The notes under the pieces: generated by a model | The model's input: the letters and a program-made list of their open reading frames with translations, nothing else | Told to the model about the DNA's origin: nothing | Database searches by the model: none | Program-made: the position numbers and the translations under genes | DNA from: an uncultured Methanosarcinaceae archaeon | Lineage (GTDB): Archaea > Halobacteriota > Methanosarcinia > Methanosarcinales > Methanosarcinaceae | Assembly: GCA_963833425.1 (NCBI GenBank) | Contig: CAWHXP010000002.1 | Span: forward strand, 96,001-160,000 | Length of the DNA stretch: 64,000 bases | Direction: 5' to 3' | Shown: piece after piece, positions 12,467 through 24,129 of the stretch | Layout: each line of letters begins with the position of its first letter | Position numbering within the stretch: position 1 is the first letter of the stretch

Positions 12467-12575
12467 AACTATGTGAGTACTAATTAGTTTTATTTTTGTA
12501 ACACTGCTGGTAAATAGAATAAAATGTCCTGGGTATTAATTCTCTGATGCAATGAAAAGGATGAAAATAAAGCGA

Positions 12576-12785
12576 TTAATCTATGGCTATCATCACATTT
12601 GAGGCCTTGATTACCGCATATGCCTCGCTTCCTTCTTTTAGATTCATATTTTCAACTGATGTTTTTGTGATGATGGAAGTTATTTCCATTCCACCAGGTA
12701 ATTCTATTACAATTTCCGAATTGACCATCCCCGACACAATTTTTTTAACCTTACCTTTTAAAACATTGCGTGCACTTAATTTCAT
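12576..12785 (-). CDS. mop: molybdenum-pterin binding protein (Mop/molbindin, TOBE)
   Basis: MKLSARNVLKG...ITSIIT..S...M.L..G....A.IKAS.V, the classic Mop signature. Confidence 0.92.
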   Translation of the reverse strand: MKLSARNVLKGKVKKIVSGMVNSEIVIELPGGMEITSIITKTSVENMNLKEGSEAYAVIKASNVMIAID

Positions 12786-13501
12786 ATTTGTTACCTCATC
12801 TAAGTAGTATTACCATCAATTACTAACTCTTGTTATGAATGATTTGCATATATATATATAGATATTTGTATTCGATTAAAAAGTCTATTAACTTAGTCCT
12901 AAAAAACATGAAATTCTCCGGATAAATAGCTCAAATAATGGGAATGTCCTACACATTTCTCTTTTTTGAACACTGGCCCCATTGTTATTTTGGACAGGAA
13001 ATTTGCCCTAATCTTGATTTCCAAAGCCGCCTAAATACTAATCTATAAATTGTCATGGAGGTTCAAAGGTGACTATGATCATGAATGTTAAATTGGTTTT
13101 TTGGACAATTATACTACCAAGCTAAGTGATAATTTAAATTAGCCGAAATAGTAGCCAATCGACATTATGTAGATAACATAGATTTAGAATTTGTTGCTAT
13201 TTAACCATATTATTTTGGGATAAAATACCCTCTTTTAAAGTTATAGTGCCTGAAACTCATAATAATTTTGGCAGCTCATTTAATTTTATATCAAATTATA
13301 AATCTCAATAAATTATTGAATAGAGAAATACCATACCTGAAGAACTCAACTATATACAGCATACAAAAATTTTACTTTGAATATACAGCAAATTTACGAC
13401 ACTATCAGATTTTTATATGTCTTTTTTCCCAAAAATTTAAAGAGGTTACAATAAATAGTAGGATATTAATTCAAAAATTAATTAAATTGAATGAACAACA
13501 C

Positions 13502-14204
13502 ATGAAAATCCATTACATCCAGCATGTTGAATTTGAAACTCTTGGAACTATCGCTCAATGGAGCGAAAAAAATGACACTTTTTATCAAGTACACATTTAT
13601 ATACAGATTATAGCTTCCCTAATCTGGAGGACTTCGACCTTCTCATCGTTATGGGTAGCCCGATAAATATTTACGAGTATGAAAAATACCCATGGCTGAG
13701 GGAAGAAAAAAAGTTTATCGAAGAAACTATTTCTGCAGGAAAAGCAGTCATTGGGACCTGTCTGGGAGCTCAGCTTGCTGCTGACGTCCTGAAAGCTGAA
13801 GTGTTTAAAAACGACTATAAAGAAATTGGATGGTTTCCAGTGTTTACACTCAAACAAGCGAGATCCGATATTTCCCTTCTGGAAAATATTCCTGAGAAAT
13901 TCACTGCTTTTCACTGGCATGGAGACACTTTTAATTTGCCTGAAAATGCAAAGAGACTTTTTTTAAGTGAAGCCTGTAAAAATCAGGGTTTATTTATAAT
14001 GATAGAGTTATTTGGCTCCAATTTCATCTGGAAATTAGCAACGAAACAATTAGAAACGTGATTGAAAATTGCAGTGATGAACTGATAGATGGGAAATATA
14101 TCCAGAAAGAAAAAGAAATGCTAAATAAAGAATCACTTCTCGCTGACTCAAGGCTATTAATGTTCAAATTACTAGATAATTTTGAGCTACTGATTGGATC
14201 TTAA
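13502..14204 (+). pseudogene. class I glutamine amidotransferase pseudogene
   Basis: MKIHYIQHVEFE, GTCLGAQL, KEIGW, FHWHGDTF and QFHLE split over frames by frameshifts. Confidence 0.85.
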
Positions 14205-15289
14205 ACAAGATACTCAGTATTTGGCTATCTAGAAATAATTTAATCCAAATTAGTTCTACAATTTTTTTGCTTCTGTTACACACTTTCTGTTACATACTAT
14301 TAATTTAAGTTTGGCTTCTTTATTGTGATGGAACTTTCTTACCCAATTTGATTCTCAGAACTTATTTTTAGGTTAGAGAAATTTGTCTCAACTATATTTT
14401 CTTCAATTGAACCTGTATATGTTTAACTACCTATCTAATATATATTCACAATACAAAATTAAAATTGTGCCCTTAAATCATTGATAAATTCTTGAAACGT
14501 AGAAGAAAAAAAATCATGGCTGTTTGGAAATTTAAAACTTCAATAATTTTAGAACTCAGTTGAGTATTATAATCACTCTTTTAGTATATGGAGATTTTAC
14601 CTTTTGGCCTTTGATATAGTTTTTATAATATTTTTCTTTTATTCTGGAATTACAGTCATTAACTGGATACTTAATAAAACATATATAGTAAGTAATATAT
14701 AGTATTAGATAAGTAGTAGGTTGCTGTATTCCTTTATAGCATGTTCGTGATTCCAAAAACATAAAGCATAGACCAGAGGGAAAAAAATGATACAAGATCA
14801 GCTTTAATGGATTAATTTTTTTAGCATGCCATAAAAAAATGATTCGGGTCATAGTACGTTCTGGAGTGATGGAAAAAGTTATCAGTGGCAGATAGAAGCC
14901 TCATATTATCCCTGAAAAAAATCTTTTTGGTAGAGGGAAGTAAAAGTGGATTACTGTTGGTGATATGCATCACAAAAATCTCTTAAAAACAATGATCCTT
15001 ATGATTGTGGAAAATAACGTTATAGAACAGTATAGCGCTGAAGCAGCGGAATCAAGGTCTGCTGTCCATTAACTAAATGCCTTCTAGTTAAAGAAAATCT
15101 TGCATTGATTAACACAGACTATAGTCATTTATATATTTTTGTTTTTTCACTTCATTTCCAACAGTGTTATCTTATCCATATGATACGGCGCTTCAACAAC
15201 CGCTTATTCACTTTGAATGAATCAAACAAGATAATAAGTGGAGGAATATGTTTCCTACACAAATGGAAAAAATGTACAGAAAAGGTGTT

Positions 15290-15863
15290 CTTTGATAGAT
15301 CAGGTTCGCTATACTCAGAGAAATTGCACCGATCGGAAGAAAATCTAAACGTTTCTTTTGCGTGTAAGAACGGGAGTGCTTGGAATGACAAATGATATTT
15401 ATCCGTACGCCATTCCAGGGAATTATATATGATACAATGGTTCCATTTATTTTCATGGTATTGGTTCGGGTAAAAAGGAAAATATTCTTTCCCAAAATCC
15501 GTCCGTTTTTTTACTATATATGAGGAACATGGTACTGTGACAGATCCGGTGCCTTGCCATACAGATACTGCATACATGAGCGTAATGCTTTTTTGAAAGG
15601 CTGAAAAGGTGACTGACCCCGAAGAGGCCACCGAAGCGCTTCAAAAACTTGTTGAGAAATATATGCCGAAATATTACAGTAATCCTTTAACCAGCACTTT
15701 GATTGAGAAGTATCGTTCTTCACTTGATGGGAATGCAGTTTCGGTTTTTCGGATAATGCCACAGGAAATGACAGCTAAAGAAAACTCAGTGGAATCTGGT
15801 AAACTTTTGAACTTAGAAACTCAGCGACTATATGCTGTAGTTACATACGCAAAGGCGCTTTAG
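15290..15863 (+). pseudogene. pyridoxamine 5'-phosphate oxidase / flavin-binding family pseudogene
   Basis: YPYAIP.NY..YNGSIYFHG.GSGKK, NPSV.FT and YMSVMLF*KA, with in-frame stops. Confidence 0.8.
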
Positions 15864-16537
15864 GAATTATCACCCTACCTGCCTTTTAATCGTATACTCG
15901 ACATGAGCAATAACTTAATAGCATATAGCCACCAGAAGTTTGCTGGCAGGAACTGTTAGACAAATATACTAGCGACGACTGCGGGATGGAATCTGATAGA
16001 AGACGATACATAATATAATCTATAGACTTGATGTACGTGGCAGGTCTAACATTAAAGAACGAGTTTTTAATCACTTTTCTTCGTTCTACCAAATATACGA
16101 CGTTTTTTAGCAACGTGAGTTGTTTCACTGTCATTCGAGCGATGGATATTGATACAGAATGACTATTTGGGCCATTATCATTTTTATTACATTTTTTGCA
16201 TTTATTTTCCCCTGATTTTAACAAAATGAATAGCTTCAAAAACACAAATTTTATCAATTAACCAGCTAATAGCTGGCTTGCAATGAATTTCGTCTATTAT
16301 ACTGAGAACCTCGAAAGTGATCGTAAAATCATTATTTGATTTCTTTCGGCCTTAAACTCTAGTATTGTAGAACAGGCATATTTGCCGAATAAATGAGGTA
16401 AACATTATATCTCACGTATAAATTCGTTTTTCGACTTAATATAAATACAACTCCAATGAAAATTGATAAAAGCAAAAGTTGAAACCGTTTAAGTAATTTT
16501 CCGCATTCAAGGCAAAAATTATACATAATAACATCAT

Positions 16538-17480
16538 CAGTAACATTTGTCACAAGTATTATGGCAATCCTTAGTGACAAAAGCATCAATTCTGAAAGAG
16601 CACTCCGAAATTTCGTATTCTGCATCCGATTTTTCGCATTTTCGTTTGCCGAAGCAAACACATTCGCCAAAAAAACTGATCTTTATCGGCACAACTGCCA
16701 GCTTATCGTCAAAATAATAGCTTTACTTAAATGATGGTCTATGGACAATTTCTATATCTTCACGACAAAATACTGTTATCTGCGCCATGGAAGTGATAAG
16801 AGATTTTACACTTCCATCTTCTGAAAAAACAAGAGAATTGCTGTCACCATCAATGCCGAGATCATCCGGGTCAAAAGCAAGTATGATGCCTATTGGAGTA
16901 TTAACACAAAACACTACATTGCTCGACTGATTTTATTCTCCCATCCTGATACAGGCAGAACCCAATGCGTGTCTGAATTTTTCCTACATGCGTTTTTATA
17001 ATAATTGCATCTTTAGGCCAAAATCTAATATTTTTAAGTTCTCAGGTTTCATATAGTGTTATATTTATAATCTCACCTTTATAAACATCGAAAGGCAAGT
17101 TGATCTGTAATTCCGGAGAAATATTATTTTCATCCTCTTCTGTCCAAAAGGCACTGACGCTCCCAAACACAGGAAAAATACGTTTTACTGCTCCGTTTTC
17201 ATAAAAAGTAATCATTTTCGCTGGAAAGCTTCCAAGCCTTGTATTTACACTCAAAGACTCTTGCAAAACAATACTTGCAATGTTCCAATTTTTATCAAAG
17301 GTTATGAATTTCATGAGCTTTTTTCTTTTCCCATCATCCTCGTACTGTGGAATAAGGATGCCACAAGGAATGTTTATAGTATTTTTTTTTAGAATGCAGC
17401 GTTTGAGCATTCCATATTCATGGTACTCTGGGAAAACGATACCTCTAGAACATCATAATTCGTACTTGCGTTTCCCAAAT
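16538..17480 (-). pseudogene. conserved hypothetical beta-repeat protein downstream of anfO, disrupted
   Basis: Fragments CGILIPQYE, ITFYENGAVKRIFP, VNTPIG..AFDP..GIDGDSNSL.F and a C-terminal CHNTCDKC, interrupted by stops and a deletion. Confidence 0.6.
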
Positions 17481-17492
17481 AATCGCCGCCTT

Positions 17493-18122
17493 TCACAAAG
17501 TTTGCACATGCACTATTTTAACGGTCTTTTCATTTGGCAATGAATTCACAGTTTCATATTCAAATCCTAAGACGCTCAAATCTTTAGTAAACCACTTTGG
17601 GATATGACTGCAAATGACATCCAAACTGTTGAATTCTCCATTTTTCAGATAGGGTAACAGAATTTTCTTTGAAGTTAGCTGCGGATTCTTTGAAAGGATT
17701 TTTTCCATATTAAGACAAAAATCACCTTCATTCAAACCAGGTTCCAAAAATTGCATGATATCGAATTTGCTAGGTTTCTCCTGCTGCTCCTCAATCATCT
17801 CAAGCATTTCTTTTTTAACTGAATCAAGAGCATCGAAGCTATTTTGTTCCACAAGGAATATTTCAAAGCCTGCTATTTCAAAAATTCCGAATGCTATCCC
17901 TGGAATTTCACTTGCAATCACTATTTTTGCATTACCAAGCTGCTTTATGGTATCCTCCACAGCAAAACGTACCGTAGCAATCCCCTTCGCACTGTAAATT
18001 TTATTTTCGAAGCTATTCAGGACTTTCCATCCCCCACCGTCCTCCTCATATGTTACAATAAATCCCGGCTCAAGTATTGAACTCGTTTTTTGGTTATTGT
18101 TTTCTACGACTGAAATTTTCAA
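17493..18122 (-). CDS. anfO: Fe-only nitrogenase accessory protein AnfO family
   Basis: MKISV..TSS..EPG.I..YE....W, IVIASEIPGIAF, P.LTSKKILLPYL and ICSHIPKWF. TTG start after the AAGGAGGA RBS. Confidence 0.8.
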   Translation of the reverse strand: MKISVVENNNQKTSSILEPGFIVTYEEDGGGWKVLNSFENKIYSAKGIATVRFAVEDTIKQLGNAKIVIASEIPGIAFGIFEIAGFEIFLVEQNSFDALDSVKKEMLEMIEEQQEKPSKFDIMQFLEPGLNEGDFCLNMEKILSKNPQLTSKKILLPYLKNGEFNSLDVICSHIPKWFTKDLSVLGFEYETVNSLPNEKTVKIVHVQTL

Positions 18123-18513
18123 GATACATCCTCCTTTCATGTTGTAATTCATGATTATTTCAGGCTGCGATTAAAATTTAGTCTCACCATTGGAACTATC
18201 GGTTCGATTTATATAAGGTCCGCGAAATTAATTAAGCAATTATTTTTAGTGGATGTTAAATGAACTTGACGATAAATCCGTTTTTTAAGAAGTGTTAATT
18301 TTCACCGTATGATACAAAAAAATCTGAGCAGGTAACCCAGGAAAATTAACGAGAATAAACTTATAGTCATCTTCCATTGTTATACAATAGCATTATTGCA
18401 TAATTATAGAATTTTAAATTTTACGACTGAATATTACACCCGCTTCAATAATTCGGTTTTGAAACTAAATATTTGGACCAGTTCATAAATAATTTACGCT
18501 GTCAGAGCAATGA

Positions 18514-19515
18514 ATGTTTACAAAGCAATGGATGCTTATGATGTTTAAAGAAAGCGAAATAATCTGCGGATATAAAATATTAGAGTGTCTTGGTAAAGGA
18601 GGATTTAGCCAGATCTACAAGGCCAGCGACCCAGATGGTAAGCCTGTTATACTTAAATTTCCAGACCTTTCTTTAATTAGCGACCCTGCTACATACGAGC
18701 GATTTCGTCGAGAATTCGCTATCGGACAAAAGTTGGATCATCCTTCAATTCCTAGAGCTATCAACCTTGTGGAAAGCTCTGAAGGCTTATTTCTTGTTTT
18801 AAACTATATCGAAGGTAAATCGCTCCGCACCTTCATCAGCGACAATGCTCCATTGCCTCTGAACGAAGCACTCTCTATAGCCGACCAACTTGTTGAGGCA
18901 GTCGATTATCTTCATGCTCAGGGGGTCTGTCATCGTGATTTGAAACCAGAGAATATCATTATAGGATCGAATGGTAGACTCCACATCATTGACTTTGGCA
19001 GTTCTCTACTAGAAGGCACCCGGCGCATAACATGGAGATTCGGCTCAGATACCTTTGGAACACCTGATTATATGTCACCTGAACAAATACATGGGAGACG
19101 TGGAGATGTGCGTACCGATGTGTATGCACTTGGAATTATATTATATGAGTTGCTAACCGGAACGGTACCATTTCATGGAGACAATGCTCTTTCTGTAATG
19201 AACCAACATCTAACGGCAATTCCTATTTCTCCTCGTAAACTTCAACTATCAATTCCACTTGAAGTAGAAGCCATAGTACTTAAGTCCATACGACGGAATC
19301 CTGATGAGCGATATCAGTTTGCTAGTGAACTCCGGGATGATTTAAAACATTTTGCAGATATCGACATATCACAATTCCCAACGGATCCGGAACTAATATC
19401 AACTGGTTTATTAACTGATAGTCAAATATGGATAGGAACAATCTTACTTGCCATTGTATTTTTAATATTTGTATCATTAATCATCCTGTTTGTATATATT
19501 ATGAAACGTTATTAA
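18514..19515 (+). CDS. Hanks-type Ser/Thr protein kinase with C-terminal TM anchor
   Basis: GKGGFS, catalytic Lys (ILKF), ERFRRE, HRDLKPEN, DFG, GTPDYMSPE and DVYALG; hydrophobic C-terminal helix followed by KR. Confidence 0.95.
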   Translation: MFTKQWMLMMFKESEIICGYKILECLGKGGFSQIYKASDPDGKPVILKFPDLSLISDPATYERFRREFAIGQKLDHPSIPRAINLVESSEGLFLVLNYIEGKSLRTFISDNAPLPLNEALSIADQLVEAVDYLHAQGVCHRDLKPENIIIGSNGRLHIIDFGSSLLEGTRRITWRFGSDTFGTPDYMSPEQIHGRRGDVRTDVYALGIILYELLTGTVPFHGDNALSVMNQHLTAIPISPRKLQLSIPLEVEAIVLKSIRRNPDERYQFASELRDDLKHFADIDISQFPTDPELISTGLLTDSQIWIGTILLAIVFLIFVSLIILFVYIMKRY

Positions 19516-19689
19516 ACTAAAGCTATATTTGAATAAGTTGTCAACCATATAACTGTTAGCGTTTCATAATGATTTTTTTTAGTGGGACAAATAGATAAAT
19601 ATATTTTTAGATTAATATTAACCGAAGAATAAAGTCCGAGATATGCTTAAAAAAGATAAAACCTTATATAGAGAGCACTTTTTCATCTA

Positions 19690-20010
19690 AAACTTATTCC
19701 CAAATCTAATCCTTTCATACCCGTGTCACCATTTTGATCTGTAGGACAAAAATCTCCCCATCATATAACTGTCCTCATAATAGTTCTGACAATTGAGATT
19801 ATCATAAGCATCCTGATCGTTTACCACCAACTCAAGCATGATCCTCATTAGAGCATCAACTTCTACTTTTGTTCCTTTGAGTTCGAGAGCGCTCTTTCTG
19901 CTTCACACTTCCAATTATCTCGATAATACTCATTGGAATGAAACATTCCTACTAAAAGGCTTTTTAGTTTTATCCATCCTCTTCGCTCATACTTGACTTG
20001 CATTATTTTA
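19690..20010 (-). pseudogene. P-II (GlnK/NifI-like) nitrogen regulator pseudogene
   Basis: Fragments PMSIIEIIGSVKQK, VDALMRIMLELVVNDQD and DGEIFVL.I..VTRV, with frameshifts. Confidence 0.7.
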
Positions 20011-20559
20011 AGAAACTAACTTCCACCAGATAGAATCACTTAGATGTACTAATCGACATCATTTCCAGTTATAAGTTTTGGAATAGATCAGTAGATTGTG
20101 ATATATCTAATCATTTTGCAAATCCAGTTATGTTATCCATAGAAAACGAGGCTGTAATTTCCATATTTACCTAAAAAGAAAGAACTTATGCAGTTTATCA
20201 TGTTACTCTTCAAAATCAGACCAAAAATAGGCATCTTAAAACATTTAGATAACCCAATTTTTGGTTTGTTATTTATAAAAAATATTTATATATATAAAAT
20301 CTGTTGAAAATCAGAGGTTTATCTAAATCCTCTAAAAATGAATTTAGACCACTTAAGAATTTGGCAGAGTGTTATTCACTATTCTCTTTTTTACTTTTTT
20401 GTGCTATTATTTTCAGGTAGATCCCTACTGACCCCTAATCCTAATTATAAGATAGCACTTTTTTTTTCTTTAGCTTTTATCATCCTGTAATGTCCAGCAT
20501 TGCATCTCCATATCCTTTCATTTGAAATGAATAGTTTGAACTTGCTGCGAGGAAGAAAA

Positions 20560-20745
20560 TGTCCCTAGAACTTTGATTAATTAACTTAATTAGGTTTCAA
20601 GCTACCTTCGTACTATAAAATGGAAGTGCGACATGAAAATCATTGTGCTTATAAAACAAGATCCCACATAGTTTTGTATGAAGCATCGGGAAAAATTTTA
20701 TTTATACAAATGACGGATCACTTATTTCATATTAATATCCTTTGA
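20560..20745 (+). mobile_element. IS200/IS605 tnpA 5' remnant
   Basis: MEVRHENHCAYKTRSHIV resembles the TnpA start at 44229. Confidence 0.55.
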
Positions 20746-21130
20746 AATTATTGAAAGACACTTCTGTAGTAGTGTAAGATAGTATTTTTGGATTTGTATC
20801 ATTATTTTCTCTTGCTTTTGAAGGTTTAGAGAAGGCTAATTTTATTCAATATATTTAATTACTACAAAATTGAATTTTCCGTTTAATTCTTCAACTTGTT
20901 CAAAATCTAATCGTTAACTGAATTTTTTTATTAATCAGTTTGTTTCTTCATCCCCATTGAAAGTTCATCCGACATTTTAAAGATTTACACAAATGTATAA
21001 TTTATCTGCCGATTTGCCAATGTTATCAATCAAAAAGTGAGATGCATTTTTAAATTATCACCTTCTTTATTTAAATGCTCTTTCGCTCAACAGAGCGCTT
21101 GATAAGAAAGGGAGCATTTAAGAGGAAATT

Positions 21131-23068
21131 ATGGGAATGGATCGGAGTGAAGACGAAGGAAGACCACTAGCTGAAGACTTACTCTCCATTGCTTGCCGTA
21201 ATGAGAAAAAAGCGCATGAAGGAACATTGACAGTTTACTTGGGCTATTCCGCAGGCGTCGGAAAGACATACTCAATGCTTCAAGATGCACTTCAACAGCT
21301 ACGGGAAGGAAAAGATGTTGTAATCGGCTATATAGAGATCCATGAAAGGCCTGAGACAAATGTACTGGTTAGTAATTTTGAAGTTATTCCTAAAGTCTCT
21401 ATCGAACATTATGGCCTCTCTCTGAAGGAGATGGATCTCGATGCAATTATCCGACGTCACCCTCAAATAGTCCTGGTAGACGAATTAGCTCATACCAACC
21501 CCCCAGGCAGCAAACATGTGAAACGATACCAAGATGTCGAAGAGATCCTGAAAGCAGAAATATCAGTTTGCACGACCGTCAATATCCAACATGTTGAGAG
21601 CCAAAACGATGCAGTTGCCCAGATCATTGAAATCCGAGTTTCTGAAATTGTACCGGATGCTTTCTTTTCCAATGCCGATGAGATTAAGTTAATCGATATC
21701 ACGCCAGAAGAGCTAAATATTCGCCTCAAAGCCGGGAAAGTCTATGTAAAAAATATGGCTGAAGCTGCTGTACAGAGTTTTTTCAGAACAGGAAATCTCC
21801 TTGCACTAAGGCAACTTGCACTGAGATATATGGCAGTGTATACTGACCAGATGATGATCGGTTATATGAGGAGCCGGGCTATCCAGGGTCCATGGCCTGC
21901 AGTAGAAAGACTTCTTGTTTGTATTCGGCCCGGTCCAACAGCTGAAGCCATGGTCAGAGCAGCATACAAGCTTGCGACCAGATTCGATGCTGATTTTATT
22001 GTACTTTCAGTAGATATCGGTGACGATAGAGCTTTATCTTCTATGGAACGTGTATGGCTCAATCAAGCTCTAGAAACGTGCCGACGGCTGGGGGGACGGA
22101 TAGTTCGTTACCGTGGAAACGATATAGCTGATGAAATTATACGCTATGCTCGGCGGAGCAATGTCAACATGATTATGCTTGGGAAACCCCATGGCATAGA
22201 TGTGCTCTTTTCTCCGTTATACAAGGTCATAAGAAATTCGCATGGTATTGATATCCATCTCTATGAGCCAAAAGGAAACGGTTTGCACATACCTCTTCAG
22301 CGACAAATTCCACTATTTTTTACAGCGGAATATACAATTAGTCTCATCCTGATCACAGCCGTAGTAAGCTTTAATTTAATTCTTAGAGATTATATAGGAC
22401 CGACGAACCTACTGATTATTCAGCTCATACCGGTCCTCGTATCGGCGTTCTTTTTCAGGCGTAGAGTAGCTATGTTTACGGCATTTGTGAGTATTTTACT
22501 CTTCGATTTTTTTTTTGTCAAGCCTTACTACTCAATTAGCATTGACGACTTGCAATACTTCATCGCTTTTGTAGGATACGTCACTATTGCCCTTATAATC
22601 AGCAGCCTTGCAACTCGGCTGCGACATCTGTTGCCTCAGATCTGGCAGAGCGAAGCCCAAGTAGAAGCAACAGCAGGTCTTTCTCGCCAACTTGTGAAAG
22701 CAAAAACACGGCAAGAGGTTTTAAAGATCCTCTCCGATCAAATGCACCACTTTGCACCAGGTGATTTTGCGATACTCACATCTAGCTCCTCGGGGCTCCA
22801 AATAGAAGAAGGTGATACTGACTACCCGCTCAAAGATAAAGAAAGTGAAATTGCTCGATGGGCCTATGATAATGGTCAAGCAGCTGGCTACGGAACAGAT
22901 AATCTTCCTGCAGGCAGAGGGTACTATATCCCGCTAAAAACTCACAGAATGATTTTGGGCCTCATGGCATTTGTCTTCGAACAACCCGAAGTAGCTCTAA
23001 CTCCAGAGAATAAAGAGATATTTGAAACAATGGCATTTCTTGGAGCTCTCGCACTTGAACGCGTATAA
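21131..23068 (+). CDS. kdpD: KdpD-type K+ sensor (KdpD N-domain, USP, TM region, GAF) lacking histidine kinase domains
   Basis: GYSAGVGKT, LVDELAHTN, KRYQDVEE, GNLLALRQLAL, ERLLVC, FDFFFVKPYYS and AGYGTDNLP. Ends at ALERV* with no HisKA or HATPase domain. Confidence 0.9.
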   Translation: MGMDRSEDEGRPLAEDLLSIACRNEKKAHEGTLTVYLGYSAGVGKTYSMLQDALQQLREGKDVVIGYIEIHERPETNVLVSNFEVIPKVSIEHYGLSLKEMDLDAIIRRHPQIVLVDELAHTNPPGSKHVKRYQDVEEILKAEISVCTTVNIQHVESQNDAVAQIIEIRVSEIVPDAFFSNADEIKLIDITPEELNIRLKAGKVYVKNMAEAAVQSFFRTGNLLALRQLALRYMAVYTDQMMIGYMRSRAIQGPWPAVERLLVCIRPGPTAEAMVRAAYKLATRFDADFIVLSVDIGDDRALSSMERVWLNQALETCRRLGGRIVRYRGNDIADEIIRYARRSNVNMIMLGKPHGIDVLFSPLYKVIRNSHGIDIHLYEPKGNGLHIPLQRQIPLFFTAEYTISLILITAVVSFNLILRDYIGPTNLLIIQLIPVLVSAFFFRRRVAMFTAFVSILLFDFFFVKPYYSISIDDLQYFIAFVGYVTIALIISSLATRLRHLLPQIWQSEAQVEATAGLSRQLVKAKTRQEVLKILSDQMHHFAPGDFAILTSSSSGLQIEEGDTDYPLKDKESEIARWAYDNGQAAGYGTDNLPAGRGYYIPLKTHRMILGLMAFVFEQPEVALTPENKEIFETMAFLGALALERV

Positions 23069-23537
23069 TTAATATAGAACTATAAACAGTTGAACTGAAA
23101 AATCCATGCACAAGCTAAATTTTTCTCAGAGTATATGATAGATCTAATCAGTGAATACAAAGATTACTGTTGTCTCGGTGATTTATATAATACATCGTGG
23201 AAAAATATGAGCACCCTGAAAGTTGCTTCCCAAAGTACACATTAGATTTTCCTGAATGTACACGTCTTTCTTTGAGCACAGCTCTGGAAGTATGATCCAG
23301 ATGGCCTTACCCAGATTTCGACATATCTGACATCAAGACTTTTTCTTTCCCATTTTAAATCAACCTAATGTGGGACGAAATCCTTATTTAAAACAATTAT
23401 TATAACTAGTACATGGTTGAAAAGTGAGATTACAACAGGTTTCGTTTTTAATGATCCTGGGATTTGGCTATATGCAAAACTGGCTAGTTTGTTCACTTTT
23501 TATCCAACTTTGGCATTAATATTATATCCTAAATAGG

Positions 23538-23996
23538 ATGGGGATAAGTTTGAAAGCGATAGTAGTCTATCTCAGTACATCAGGGAATACAAAATCTATG
23601 GCTGAGGCTATAGCTAATGGGATCGAATCAAAAAATATAGATGTAAAGGCTGTTAGCTTTTACGACGTAAAGCCCGAAGACCTTAATGACGCAGAGGCAA
23701 TTGCTATTGGTTCTTCGACTTTCTACTACAAAATGCTGCCTCCCATGGAAAAATTCATGAATGAGACTCTTGCGACCTCAGACCCAAAAGGTAAAATCGG
23801 AGCTGCTTTTGGGTCTTACGGGTGGAGCGGAGAAGCACCTGTAATGATAGCCGAAAAAATGCGAGAGATGGGTATGAATGTGATAGATCCGGTTCTTCGA
23901 ATACTTCACAAGCCCACAGACAAAGATGTTCAAGAGTGCAAAAGACTTGGGATTGATATCGCAGAAAAACTAAGGCACAAAAAAACAAAAGTATAA
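23538..23996 (+). CDS. flavodoxin domain protein
   Basis: YLSTSGNT..MAEAI, IGSST and AFGSYGWSGEA. Confidence 0.92.
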   Translation: MGISLKAIVVYLSTSGNTKSMAEAIANGIESKNIDVKAVSFYDVKPEDLNDAEAIAIGSSTFYYKMLPPMEKFMNETLATSDPKGKIGAAFGSYGWSGEAPVMIAEKMREMGMNVIDPVLRILHKPTDKDVQECKRLGIDIAEKLRHKKTKV

Positions 23997-24129
23997 CCAT
24001 ATAAAACAGAACGTTGATTTGTATATCTGAAGCTTAGTAATACAAAAGACTTACTCTTCAAATAATTAACTCCAATATGGCATGAAAGTACGTGTATAAA
24101 CTGTTACTTACGAACTTTCATAATCCTCA

